A DNA stretch of 64,000 bases from Eledone cirrhosa (taxonomy: Eukaryota). Each line of letters begins with the position of its first letter. Within the stretch, counting starts at the first letter, position 1. The stretch spans positions 52,328,001 to 52,392,000 of the forward strand of contig OZ024751.1 in the NCBI GenBank assembly GCA_964016885.1, in the 5' to 3' direction. Of this stretch, positions 13,597 through 25,889 are shown piece after piece. The position numbers and the translations under genes are program-made. The notes below the pieces were generated by a model. The model ran no database searches. It saw only the letters and a list, made by a program, of their open reading frames with translations, and was not told the DNA's origin.

Positions 13597-13713
13597 GTAT
13601 CCGTCAACTTCAGTGCATTCTGTTAAAAGTTGCTCTCATATTTGGTGTGGAGGTCCATTATAATGTATCGTTTGAGAAACTTCTGGAACCACCAGCTGAT
13701 CAAAGCAAAGAAA
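13597..13713 (+). CDS. MICAL: MICAL coding exon 3
   Basis: (S)[38 protein letters not shown]; ctgcag / gtaagt; phase 1-1; absent from the ORF track. Confidence 0.95.
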
Positions 13714-13919
13714 GTAAGTTCCAGCCCTTCTTCTCTTAGTTTGGGTCATCCATGGCACATTCTCATCATCTGATTGGTAACTGTTATCTTGGAGTCCAAG
13801 AAAGTTCTCTTCTGCCTACTGGAATAATCTAGAACTCTAAGTCAACAAGGAAGAGACCTTTACATGGTTCTTCTCAGCTTGATATAAATATTAGTTGAAT
13901 TTACCTCAAATCACACCCG

Positions 13920-14125
13920 CTAATACTTTTTGAGGCAAGCCAACACGCTCGCAGCATTACCGTGGATGATAGCGAGGTTAAGGCACTGAAACAACAAAAC
14001 ACTCTTACTGGCATCACCTGATACCTCGTTAAGGGAAGTCACCAACGATGACAAGAACTTCGTTGTCAGCAGCCCAGCTCCCCAAAATATCTCAAAGATC
14101 ACAGACTACAGATACCTAAAAGACT
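13920..14125 (-). mobile_element. CRE-like non-LTR retrotransposon C-terminal (restriction-like endonuclease) remnant
   Basis: IFEIFWGAG...LLFQCLNLAIIHGNAASVLACL* resembles the (V/F)ETxG...LFQRLSxAIQRGNAASVL terminus of CRE-clade elements. Confidence 0.65.
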
Positions 14126-14212
14126 GCAGCTGAGGACTTCAATTTTTCATGATCCCTGGTCCCTATATTTTTCTAAATTCTGACAAATGGATGATTCTCT
14201 CTTTTAACATTA

Positions 14213-14650
14213 TTACGATCTGAGTTCAAATCCCGCCGAGGTTGACTTTGCCTTTCATCCTTACGGGGTCGATAAAATAAAGTACCAGTAATGCACTGGG
14301 TAATTGCTGGCCTTGTGCCTAAAGTAGAAACAATTATTAGTTTCCTATCACCTCCATTTGTAGAAAAGAAATAGTTTTTTGCTTTGGTTTACCTTAACAT
14401 TAACTTATTTTCCATTTGCTCTGATTCACAACCATCTTTGTTTCTTGTTTGTATTTTTTACTGCTTTTAATTAGTAAGCATCTAGATTTTATTAATTACT
14501 TCAGCTCATTATCATCCCACTGAAGTTAGCTTCACCTGTCATCCTTACGGGGTCGATAAAATAAAGTACCAGTAAGTGCTGGGGTCAATTTAATCGACTT
14601 TTCCCTCCCCCAAAACATTGCTGGCCTTGTGCCTAAATCAGAAACCATTA
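14213..14650 (+). mobile_element. Two 5'-truncated family A SINE copies (14213-14338, ~14540-14650)
   Basis: Same B box/core and GCTGGCCTTGTGCCTAAA tail. Confidence 0.8.
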
Positions 14651-15587
14651 TCATGTATACATTTATACGATGACTGGTGTTGATGTATTATGATGAAAGG
14701 AAGTTTTCTAGAACAGGCGAGGACACTCTTCAACAGAGTTATCAAATGAAGGACAACATTGCTACACACCTGAAACTAACAATAGATTCAATCAATACAG
14801 ACTTATGTCTAGTTCTAGTCAGTCATGATGGATATGGCAGCGAGGAAGAAAGGGAAACTGATGACTAAATAGCTGGACAGTGATTGAGTAGCTGATAAAG
14901 ATATTGAACCTGATTAAAGGGTTGTTGAGTTTCAACTTGAGTGAGTGGATCTGCAGCAGCTGTGTTTTGCCTCTCTTGTGTGATATATATATATATGTGT
15001 GTTGCTTATATTCAGCAACACGCTATATATATATGTGTGTGTGCGTGTGTATAGAGATGTGTGTTGTTTATATTCAGTTACACGCTATAAATATACACAC
15101 ACATACACATTCACACACACATATATATCCACATATTTATGCATATATACATATACACACACACACATGCAAACAAACAAACATGCACGCATAAAACAAC
15201 ATACATATTTTTACACACCACACACACACTCATGCAAAACACATGCAAGTGTAGAAAAACAGATGTAAAAACGATGATGATGATATATAATTACACCACA
15301 ATAATACTTATATTTAGCAAAACAAAGCATAATAAGAAATGCAAGCTCCCTGAATTTGTTAATTTTGGTTGAGTTGTTATTTTGAGGTCGTTAGTGGGCT
15401 ATTTTTAGCTTTCCTCTGAACTTCTAGCCTATTCTATTTTTTTAAATGTAATGCTATGGTAGAATTAGCTACCTTTTAAAACATGTGGGTTTTGGCTTGT
15501 GAATATATTTGTCTTCTTAGCTTTGATACTACCACAATTCAGCCCATTTGAACTCCTAATGGATAGACTCATATCATGTAAGACATA

Positions 15588-15681
15588 GTTTACTGATGAG
15601 GACAGTGTAGCAATTTACTGATTAACCATTATAATTATGGTAATTAGTACTTTTCTTCTTGTCTGAAACTGTGGTATAAAC
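15588..15681 (+). ncRNA. Minimal type I hammerhead ribozyme motif
   Basis: Stem I GTTTA/TAAAC; CTGATGA (15593-15599); stem II GGACA...TGTCT; GAAAC-TGTG-GTA with predicted cleavage after 15676. Confidence 0.7.
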
Positions 15682-15885
15682 ATATAATTGGATTTACTAA
15701 TTATAATGTAAGGAAAATTGCATTTGCTATTAAATGTATTTTTGCTTGCATTTCTTATGCTTTGTTTTGCTATCAGTATTATTGTATCTTAATAATATTG
15801 TGTAAATTATACTTTGAAATTTTGGTTTTTATCCCTAATGTTCATTGAGCTTTTTATGCTATAATGAGATCGATATAACTTATTT

Positions 15886-16317
<432 letters not shown>

Positions 16318-16444
16318 ACACGTTATCGCTATAGGTAATCAGTTAGAGGTTGTGATAGTTTTAACGTACGCTTTTGTTTAACTCAACAAGATGTATCCAT
16401 AGTTAAGCAGCGTGTTTGCGGTAATTCTTATGCAGGTTATCTTT

Positions 16445-16555
16445 GTATTCTGATGTGTTGATCAGAGGCAAATAATGTAATGGAGATCGAGTGACGCAAC
16501 TTCAAGCGATTAGCGACCTCTAGACTCACCTGATCAATGAAACAATTGTTAATAC
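16445..16555 (+). ncRNA. Minimal type I hammerhead ribozyme motif (A9 variant)
   Basis: Stem I GTATT/AATAC; CTGATGT (canonical is CTGATGA); 9-bp stem II GTTGATCAG/CTGATCAAT; GAAAC-AATT-GTT with palindromic CAATTG; AATAAA just downstream. Confidence 0.65.
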
Positions 16556-16622
16556 CTGAAATAAAGTCCCTTGTTGTACAGCCAACCATGTTGCTCTTCA
16601 TTCTTTCACTATATATATATAT

Positions 16623-16864
16623 ATATCAATGATATTAATAAATGGAAACAATATTTATAAAACCATATTTATTTTATTATATATATTTCGAGGGAACCAA
16701 AAATTTTGGTACTCTTGAAATATATATAATAAAATAAATATGGTTTTATAAATATTGTTTCCATTTATTAATATCATTGATATTATACTCCAGAAAACTG
16801 TAGAGTGCTTTGAATCTGTTATAAATAAATTTGTTGAATAATCAACAAATTAAATATCTCTTTG

Positions 16865-16866
<2 letters not shown>
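16623..16866. repeat. ~80-bp-arm palindrome plus tail between (TA)n tracts
   Basis: 16623-16783: ATATCAATGATATTAATAAATGGAAAC... is the reverse complement of ...GTTTCCATTTATTAATATCATTGATAT. Confidence 0.85.
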
Positions 16867-16907
<41 letters not shown>

Positions 16908-16916
<9 letters not shown>

Positions 16917-17462
16917 TAAACAAATAATGAATAAACAATTCCTTATATTAAACAAAAAAAGTTCATTATTTAACGATCGTTTCTAGGATATATATGTGTT
17001 AGAATTGGTATGCATATTCAACAGATCTATCAGATCTATGTACAAAATTATACAAAATTATACAAATTATCAAGATTAAATATACATACCAAACACATAT
17101 ATACGCCGTCTTCAGAAATAATGATTATTTCTGAAGACGGCGTATATATGTGTTTGGTATGTATATTTAATCTTGATAATTTGTATAATTTTGTATAATT
17201 TTGTACATAGATCTGTTGAATATGCATACCAATTCTAACACATATATATCCTAGAAACGATCGTTAAATAATGAACTTTTTTTGTTTAATATAAGGAATT
17301 GTTTATTCATTATTTGTTTAATATTTTATCTTGACTCTGTATACCGTTTATCTTTCACCGAAAGTGGTTTTTCATTACATCTCTTCTTTCCATGATATCC
17401 GGAATACATTGAGTTCTCCATACGGATTGGACACTACCGTAAACTCTTGGTAGATTTATCTA
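16908..17462. mobile_element. Penelope-like terminal-repeat fragment with ~210-bp fold-back, between (TA)n tracts
   Basis: Arms 16908-17122 and 17124-17329 are reverse complements (1-nt loop, 9-bp duplication in the left arm). Contains a hammerhead motif. An unpaired tail runs to (TA)n at ~17463. Confidence 0.7.
17124..17272 (+). ncRNA. Minimal type I hammerhead ribozyme motif in the right arm of a palindrome (mirror copy on - strand)
   Basis: Stem I ATTATTT/AAATAAT; CTGAAGA (17131-17137); long stem II TATATATGTGTT...AACACATATATA with imperfect base; GAAAC-GATC-GTT with palindromic CGATCG. Confidence 0.65.
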
Positions 17463-17494
17463 CATATATATATATATATATATATCTGTCTGTA

Positions 17495-17535
<41 letters not shown>

Positions 17536-17604
17536 CTATATATATATATCTATATATATATCTTGTACTGTCATTGGTCATGTATATTTATTGTTGCATT
17601 ACAG

Positions 17605-17706
17605 AGGTTGGATGGCGGGCCTTGGTTGTCCCTGCAAATCATCCTGTATCAGAATATCAGTTTGATGTTCTTATTGGTGCTGATGGCAAGAGAAACACAT
17701 TGGAAG
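17605..17706 (+). CDS. MICAL: MICAL coding exon 4 (DG motif)
   Basis: (K)[33 protein letters not shown]; ttacag / gtaaga; phase 1-1. Confidence 0.95.
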
Positions 17707-17872
17707 GTAAGAGCTGCTTATATATATATAAAGGGTATATATGAAAGCATATACTTTATGTTTACATACAATAAACATCTGGTAGTCTCACTATCAAAGG
17801 AAAATATTTTTTCGTAATAAAAAAAATTATTTTTCTCTCATTTCTTCTGTGAGAATGTCAGTACCAGTCGAG

Positions 17873-17923
17873 AATGTCAGGCTGTGCTGTTTCAAGATTC
17901 ATTAATCTTTCATCAGTGACATT
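17873..17923 (-). ncRNA. Degenerate hammerhead ribozyme motif
   Basis: Minus strand AATGTCA-CTGATGA-AAGATT-aatg-AATCTT-GAAAC-agcaca-GCC-TGACATT. Stem I (7 bp) and stem II (6 bp) are perfect, but the cleavage triplet is GCC rather than NUH. Confidence 0.55.
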
Positions 17924-17978
17924 TACTCAACCAGTACTGACATCGTAATAGACTAGAGTCTATATAAATTTTGTGTGA

Positions 17979-18026
<48 letters not shown>

Positions 18027-18198
18027 GTAATGTAATGTAATCTCAAGTTTATACTACCTATGATATTAACATAACACCCTTTCAAAGTCACCTAACCTTA
18101 GCTGCACCTCAACTCCTAACTCCAACCACACATTTACAAGTACAACTGGACAAGAATATTCTAATATATATAATTTTTTTTAATTCATTTTAATACAG

Positions 18199-18455
18199 GG
18201 TTTCAGAGGAAAGAATTCCGAGGTAAGCTGGCCATTGCTGTGACAGCAAACTTTATCAATCGAAACACACAAGCTGAAGCTCGAGTAGAGGAAATCAGTG
18301 GAGTTGCATTTATTTACAATCAAAAGTTCTTTCATCAGCTTAAGGAAAATACTGGGATTGATCTGGAGAATATTGTTTACTATAAAGATGCCACACATTA
18401 TTTTGTGATGACAGCAAAGAAACAGAGCTTGCTGGAGAAAGGTGTTCTAAAACAT
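18199..18455 (+). CDS. MICAL: MICAL coding exon 5
   Basis: (G)[23 protein letters not shown]...[14 protein letters not shown]...[34 protein letters not shown]; atacag / gtaagt; phase 1-0. Confidence 0.96.
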
Positions 18456-18846
18456 GTAAGTTATTGTAGGGGATAATAAGAGGATGTCCTTGAAAGGAGT
18501 GAGGATAGGGAGAGAGAGAGAGTGCGTGTGTGAAAGAAGGAGCGAGTATGGAGAGAAAATGAATGAATGGAGAGAGATAGAGAGTGAAAGGAGTATGGAG
18601 AGAGAGAAGGGGGTGAAAGAAGAGAGGAAGAGAATGAGAAATGGATGAGGAGAAAGAGAGTCTTTATTCAGTCCTTGCTTCATCATCATTATCAACATCA
18701 TGGGACAGTGGCGTACAACTTCCCCACAAGTTCCGTTCTTGGCATGGCTCCTATAGCTGGATGCTCTTCCTAATGGTGCCAACCACTTTACAGAGTGTAC
18801 AGGGTGCATTTAATAACTGTGTATGTATTTTTTCTATCTTCCCCAG

Positions 18847-19104
18847 GACTATTCTGACACTGGTTCACTACTGTCGCGGTCCAACGTTGACCAAGAAGCA
18901 TTATTATCTTATGCCAGAGAAGCAGCAGATTTTTCTACAAACCATCAGCTGCCCCACATGGATTATGCCGTCAACCATTATGGACAAGCAGATGTGGCCA
19001 TGTTTGATTTTACGTCCCTTTTCCAAGCAGAGAATGCATGTCGAGTTCTGAGTAAACACAATCATCGGATGATTATGGCATTGGTTGGAGATAGTTTATT
19101 GGAG
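18847..19104 (+). CDS. MICAL: MICAL coding exon 6 (GD motif)
   Basis: DYSDTGSLLSRSNVDQEALLSYAREAADFSTNHQLP...DVAMFDFT...ALVGDSLLE; ccccag / gtgagt; phase 0-0. Confidence 0.96.
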
Positions 19105-19199
19105 GTGAGTAACGACAACGGAACTTGCTATTATGTCTTTGATTGGAACTTTAGTTCTCAGATTCTTGTTTTGATTTCTAATCACACACGTATATATAT

Positions 19200-19334
19200 A
19201 TCAGATAGGATGTGGTAAAAACCAGCTAGACCATAACCCACCAGAGTACATGATACTTGGGGTAGTAGAGTGGGTAATATGAAAAGATTCAGGACCCCGG
19301 AGCTCAGTCGTCGGGGTCCTGAATCTTTTCATAT
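19200..19334. mobile_element. (TA)n-inserted repeat fragment ending in a 23-bp fold-back; same family as 25209-25500
   Basis: Shares GACCATAACCCACCAGAGTAC...GGGTAATATGAAAAGATTCAGGACCCCG with 25209-25310, here followed by CGGGGTCCTGAATCTTTTCATAT. Confidence 0.7.
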
Positions 19335-20439
19335 GTGTGTATATATAGGTGTGTGTGTGTGTATATATATTGAAGTTGTGTGGCTCAGTAGTTAGAGAGT
19401 TGGATTCCCAATCATGAGATTATGAGTTCAATTCCTGGTTCAGCTTGAAGGTTTCATGACAGGTTTAATCATATTCATCATAAAGTCTTTTTTTGAGGCA
19501 ATGTTTTATGGCCTAATGCCCTTCTTTGTGCCAGCACTTTTAATCTCCTATTAGGCAGTCATAGAAGATACACATACAAGATGTCTTGCAGTGGGACTGA
19601 ACCCCAAACCGCATTGTTAGGAAGTGAACTTCTTAACCTTACTGCCATGATGGTCTCCATATCAAACAGTGTTGTTTAGTTGTATAAATGTCCTGGAATT
19701 ATTGAATGGCTAACTGACCTTGTGGTTTAGGACAGTTTGACCTTCAGTTCTTCCTATGTGTGTACAAACATATTTACATATTGGTAGGAAAGTAAATGTT
19801 TATACAAAACTGCTTATATTTACACACATACACATACACACTCTCACATATGCACACTCCTACAAACTCAATTTCACACATACACACACTCACATACATG
19901 CCCACACACACATGAACAGAAACATGTACACATTACACCTGCACACAAACTTACAGAAACACATGCACACAATCATACAGAAACATACCCACACACATGC
20001 ACACAGAAACACATGCCCAAACATTCAGAAACACACACACACTATTATTAAGTGCTGTTGCTTCATTTCTAATTATTATTATTATGTTTATAATTAATAT
20101 TATTATAATCCAATTATAACAAAAGCTATTTATTACAAATATTGTTATTATTATATCTATTGTTTTCCCTTTGTTCATAATCCTCTCCCTTTACTCAATG
20201 TAACCCCCACGCTGTGCTGTGTTGTTTCTTTCCTTGGGCCACGTAGTATCCTTAATGCTTTCCTTGGACCATATCTACCCTAATGGCTGGATATGACCAG
20301 TTTAAATGCTGAAGGGTTAACCAACTTTGCCCTTCCCTCTAATTTGCTGGCCTTGTGCCTAAATGACAAGTTATATTTTTAATTAATGTAATTATATTAC
20401 TAATTTTCTTTTCTTAATTATCTTTCGGCATATTTTCAG

Positions 20440-20645
20440 CCATTCTGGCCAACTGGATCTGGTTGTGCACGGGGATTTCTCGGTGCTCTAGATTCAGCTT
20501 GGATGATACGAAGCTGGGCTGCTGGCAAGATGACTCCACTGCAAGTAATAGCTGAGCGAGAGAGCATCTACCGGTTACTCTCTCAGACGAAGCCAGAGAA
20601 CATTAACAAGAACTATAACTTATACACAATTGACCCCAACACTAG
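20440..20645 (+). CDS. MICAL: MICAL coding exon 7
   Basis: [26 protein letters not shown]...[31 protein letters not shown](R); tttcag / gtatgt; phase 0-2. Confidence 0.96.
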
Positions 20646-20880
20646 GTATGTCATTATTATCATCATCATCACCATCATTATCATCATCACCATCATTATC
20701 ATCATTATCATCACCACCATCATCACCATCATTATCATCATAACCATCATCACCATCATTATCATCATAACCATCATCACCATCATTAGTATCAGAATTG
20801 TTAGAGTCTCAGGTAAAATGCTTTGTGACATTTTCTCTGACTCTCTGCCTTTCATCCTACCAGGTTTGTTCTAGATTTAT

Positions 20881-21115
20881 TTACCTTTAGCATTTACATT
20901 ACCTTATATTATTTACTATTGTATTTTCATGGTAAAGGCTTTACCTCACATAATTATTTCATAATATTGAAGCTATGAGATTTTGATATTATTTATTTTG
21001 AGAACAATACCTTAACATCAGTATGAGCGGCAGGTTATGGCCGGTTTGGACAGAAATAGGTGAGGGAATTCTGGTTGGATATGGCGGCCAGCTGGTTTAA
21101 ATGCCAAATGGTTAA
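20881..21115. mobile_element. Second, more diverged copy of the piggyBac-like MITE
   Basis: Colinear with 28058-28275 (CATGGTAAAGGCTTTACCTCAC...GAGAACAATACCTTAACAT). Confidence 0.7.
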
Positions 21116-21272
21116 GTTGAGTCAATTGACTGGTAATTATTTGTATGTATGTAATACCATGATTCTGTGTGAACTGAGTTACCTGTTCACAGGTCTTTGA
21201 CTTAAAGGACTGTAACTATATGCTGCAAAGCATATTGTCTGATGTTGTACCGATACTGCCAATCCACCGCCC

Positions 21273-21308
<36 letters not shown>

Positions 21309-21618
21309 GCCTAAATAAATACGTATTTACTGTTGCTACACTCTGTCACTTTTCTGACACACAATACACATTCATTCTATTTATTTACACTGTCACAATG
21401 GAAGAAGTTTAATTTAGGTTCTTCATTCCTTAGTTCCCTCGCAATTGTTAGCTGTATGCTTAGCCTGCATAACCTTCTCCTTTGACCCCAATTCAATAAC
21501 ACCAGTGTGGCTTATGTCTCCCATTATTTATTGAAAATGGCTTCATTCTGTGGTGGGGACAGAGAAGGATGTTTCTAATTTAGATATTAATAGATAATAA
21601 TTATCTAATTTAGATAAT

Positions 21619-23110
21619 AATTGTTTCTACTTTTGGCAGAAGGCTAGCAATTACCCAGTGCATTACTGGTACTTTATTTTATTGACCCTGTAAGGATGAA
21701 AGGCAAAGTTAACCCCGGCGGGATTTGAATTCAGAATGGCAAGGGCCGTAATTCTATGCGTCAAAGCATGGCGTCTGACCCTCTACCGATACTGCCATTC
21801 CACCGCCCTTGAAAATGGCTTCATTCTGTGGTGGGGACAGACAGATATCTGAGAAGGATGTTTCTAATTTAGATAATAATCGATAATAATTATCTAATTT
21901 AGATAATAATGATTTCTACTATAGGCACAAGGCCAGCAATTTCAGGAGAGGTGAAAGTCAACTATATCGACCCCAGTGCATTATTGGTGCTTTATTTTAT
22001 CGACCTCATAAGGATGAAAGTCAAAACTAACCTTGGTGGGATTTGAACCCAGAACGTTAAGGGCTGCAACTCTATACTGCGAAGCATGGTGTTTGATGCT
22101 CTACCAATTCTACTGCCATCCACTACCTTCATTTAGATAATAATAATTGTTTTTAATCTAGGTGATGAAATTGGTAGAGTCGTTAGAGTATTGGGTTATA
22201 TATCTCTTGTTCTGGCCCTTTATGTTCTGAGTTCAAATGCTGCCAAAGTTAACTTAGCTTTTCATCCATTCAAGGGCCAGCAAATAAAGTACCAGTCCAG
22301 TCTAAGGCTGGTGGATTAACAAGATCGTCAAAGAGTTGGATGAGGTGTTTTACAGTGTCTGGTTTGGCTCTGAATATTCTGAGTTCAAATCTCACCTCCT
22401 GTCACTGATAAAGCTGCGATACTACTCTTTCCCAGCAGGCTGGACTCTCATGGAAAGTAATTAGCCTAAAAAATACTAATTGAAATATATTCATCATGTT
22501 TCATACTCTGCTGTAAACAGAAATAATTGTTTCTACTTTAGGCACAAGGCCAGCAATTACCCAGTGCATTACTGGTACTTTATTTTATCGACCCCGTAAG
22601 GATGAAAGGCAAGTCAACCTCGGCGAGATTTGAACTCAGATCGTAAAGGGACGTAACTATGCTGGAAAGCATGGCGTCCGACCCTCTACCGATACTGCCA
22701 ATCCACTGTAAACAGAAATAATGATTAGAAAAACATTTCAATCCAAGGTCGGCAATCTAGAGTGAGGTGATAATTAATTAAGATATTTCTTATGAAAGAT
22801 ATTGCCTATAATTTTCAAATTATTTTGTAAATTATTAACAGTTTAGAAGGATTTAGTAATATAACTAACATTTTCATTGTTTAGCTGGTGTAGGGCAGTA
22901 GATTGGCAGTATCGGTAGAGCATTGGACATGTTTTGTGGTATATAGTTACAGCCTTTTACCTTCTGTGTTCAAATTCCACTGAGGTTAGCTTTGCTTTCA
23001 TCTTTACGAGGTTGATAAAATAAAGTACCAGTAATGCACTGGGGTTGATTTAATCGAATCTTTCCTTCCCTTCAAATTTCTGGCCTTGCGCCAAATGTAG
23101 AAAGAATTAT
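21619..23110. mobile_element. Cluster of family A SINEs in both orientations
   Basis: Copies at ~21619-21810(-), 21908-22128(-), 22165-22300(+), 22310-22395(+), 22528-22705(-), 22893-23110(+). Confidence 0.85.
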
Positions 23111-23179
23111 TTATCTGGTGTTTTGGAACTTAATTTAACACAGGTTCTTACATAAAGTGGAAGGTATTTATATAAATAT

Positions 23180-23525
23180 GGAGGCACATGGCTTAGTGGT
23201 TAGAGCATTGGGCTTGCAATCGAAAGGTTGTGAGTTCAATTCTCAGACCGGGTGATGTGTTGTTTCCTTGAGCAAGACACTTTATTTCACATTGCTCCAG
23301 TTCACTCAGCTGTAGAAATGAGATGATAGGGACTGGGGTCCATATCATTCCACTGCAAAGTGGTCGTGTAGGTGCCACGGAAAAAAAGCACCCAGCCCAC
23401 ACTGTAAATGAGGTTGGTGTTAGGAAGGGCATCCAGCTGTAGAAATCAAGCCAGAATCAGTTCCCGTCCCACCCTTGAAAGCAGGGAAAAGCGAACGTAA
23501 AATGAAATGATGATGATGATGATGA
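23180..23525 (+). mobile_element. tRNA-derived SINE, family B, with RTE-like tail
   Basis: A box TGGCTTAGTGG, B box GAGTTCAATTC, CCTTGAGCAAGACACTTT central motif, AGGAAGGGCATCCAGC tail segment, (GAT)n end. Confidence 0.85.
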
Positions 23526-23796
23526 TAAACCCTTTAAAACAAATAGTTTTGTATCGTAAAATCAGGAGCAGTTTCATGTAGCTTAGTATCAAAATGGTTA
23601 AATCAATCCCAGTATTTAACTGGTATTTTATTTTATTGACCTTGGAAGGATTAAAGGCAGAGTTGACCTCAATGGGATTCAAATTCAGAGCCTAATAATA
23701 ATATAAACAAATGTAGTCTTACTAATAAAGATCTTGTGGGAGACTATATCGATGGAGGCATGAATAAACTAGCAAGGGTAATGGAGAGGAGGGTTG

Positions 23797-24060
23797 GTAC
23801 TGTATGTTATGAGGAGGGGGTGGGGGCACATAGTACTGTATGTTATGAGGAGGGAGGAGGCACATAGTACTGTATGTTATGAGGGGGACACACATAGTAC
23901 TGTATGGTGTGAGAGGAGGGGGAGTAGTAGTGTATGTTATGAGGAGGGGGAGCAGGAGTGATAGTAGTGTATGATGGAGAGGAAGGATAGTATCATATGA
24001 TGGGGAGGAGGTGGGATAGTAGTGTATGATGGGGAAGAAGGATAGTACTGTATGTTATGC
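23797..24060 (+). repeat. Degenerate ~30-bp G-rich minisatellite
   Basis: TAGTACTGTATGTTATGAGGAGGGG-like units. Confidence 0.75.
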
Positions 24061-24977
24061 TATAGATATTGTTGATTATCCAGGTGAGACAAAATCAAAC
24101 AGACCTGTAATTAAAGATCTTCCAGCTGTGTCCATCCCATTTTTACCAGACAGAGAACATATAAGACTACTTTCTTTATTCAGTGTCTCCTTCTTATTTT
24201 CAAGATGGTTATGGGGTGGGGTCTATTTAGCTGCTATTTATAGCATCTGAAGCAACCATGTGGAAGTGATTTTAATATTAACTATCTACTTTCCATATTC
24301 ATGTTTATTCATATCTTTTACTTTATATATGTAGATATAAGTATGTCTGTTCAGCCCATGCCAGCATGGAAAGCAGAAATAAAATGGTGTGTGTGTATGT
24401 ATGTGTGTGTGAAGATGCATGGCTTAGTAGATAGAGCATTTGACTTTCAATCACAAGGGCGTAAGTTCAGTCATTCTGTCCTTTAGCAAAACACTTTATT
24501 TCATGTTTCTCCAGTTCATTCGGCTGGCAAATATGAGTTGTACCTGTTATTCAAAAGATCAGCTTTGTCATACACTGTGTCACATTGAATCTCCCTGAGA
24601 TCTATGTTAAGGCTGTACATTGTTGTGGAATGCTCAGCCACTTGCACATTACTTCCTCAAGCAGGTTGAGCTGTTCTAATAACTGGAACAATCATTGTCA
24701 CAACTGATGGTTATCTAACTCACCACATTCCATCACATCCCATCACACACACACACATATGTGGTTTGTGTGTGTGTGTGTGAGAGAGTACATACATGCC
24801 CACATACAGAGATAAGCATGTATATATGTGTATATGAGAGCACATACACATCCATAACACAGAAATAAGTATGTATTGTATAAGTGTATATGTATGTGTG
24901 AGAGCACATACACATCTACAATAGAGATAAGTATGGTATGTATATGTAATAATGTTACTTTTTCCTTCTCTTTACAG

Positions 24978-25102
24978 GTACCCCAATCTAAATTCCAATT
25001 ATTTCAGATCTGAACAAGTACGTCCACTGTATATATGTGATGATGAAGATGAATGTCTAAAGAATGAATTAAACGAGCTTCCACTCAAGAAGCCTCGAAA
25101 TG
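24978..25102 (+). CDS. MICAL: MICAL coding exon 8 (end of monooxygenase, linker)
   Basis: (R)YPNLNSNYFRSEQVRPLYICDDEDECLKNELNELPLKKPRN completes the DPxTRYPN motif; tttacag / gtaaag; phase 2-1. Confidence 0.9.
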
Positions 25103-25208
25103 GTAAAGAAAGAACAGTTTTATGTATTTTTTTATATATTTTGGATTGTTATTTACTTAGTCTTATTATATATATGTATATATGTATATATATATATGTA
25201 TATATATA

Positions 25209-25600
25209 TCAGAAAGGGTGTAGTAAAATACCAGGTGGACCATAACCCACCAGAGTACTCGATACTTGGGGTAGTAGAGTGGGTAATATGAAAAGATTCA
25301 GGACCCCGATGGCTGAGCTTCGGCCATTTCGACAGCTAGATTCAAACGTTTGTTTGAATTTTCTCATCAAGGCTTATTGTCTTATACATAAAAATACATT
25401 ATATAGTCAACAAAGAAAAACACAGAGGAGAAAAAAACTTGATATTGTTGGAAACACGTCAATGTTTTGGACACTAGTCCTTCATTGGAAGATAGAATAA
25501 GAAGAAAAGTGGATGTTTGAGAGAGAGAAAAATAAAAAGAAAGATAAATGAGTGTAAAAAAAGAAAATGGAGAGAGATTTCAGATGGCTGCTGTTAGTCA
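25209..25600 (-). mobile_element. Penelope-like terminal fragment(s) with decayed hammerhead-like motif
   Basis: Minus strand near 25455-25490 reads CCAATGAAGGAC-tagt-GTCC-AAAACATTGAC, interpretable as decayed CTGATGAAGGAC..GTCCGAAACGTTGAC; compare ACTGATGAAGGACTA at 14-28 (-). Confidence 0.45.
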
Positions 25601-25707
25601 GATATATGTATAATGTATGCACACATTTACACGCACCTATTCATACATAGATCAAACAAAGTGTTTGTGTTAATTCTAACATTGTATTTAATTCTTGTTT
25701 ATTTCAG

Positions 25708-25861
25708 ATGATTTTATTGACAGCTATACGTTGCTGCGATGGTGCCAGCGGGTATTGAACACTGGTAGACACCAATCTGTAAATATTATAGATTTTACTT
25801 CCGCTTGGAAGTCTGGGTTGGCACTGTGTGCCCTTATTCATACATTCAGACCTGATCTCAT
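25708..25861 (+). CDS. MICAL: MICAL coding exon 9 (CH domain, first part)
   Basis: [51 protein letters not shown](I), a type-2 calponin-homology signature; tttcag / gtaggt; phase 1-2. Confidence 0.94.
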
Positions 25862-25889
25862 GTAGGTATACCATTTATTCTGCTTATTC

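Noticed and set aside
14677-14868. 63-aa ORF in intron 3 as a possible extra exon
   Set aside because: Exons 3 and 4 already join into continuous MICAL sequence, and there are no convincing splice sites or homology.
23180-23260. tRNA gene-like A/B boxes
   Set aside because: No full cloverleaf; continues into the SINE body and is multicopy, so these are SINE heads.
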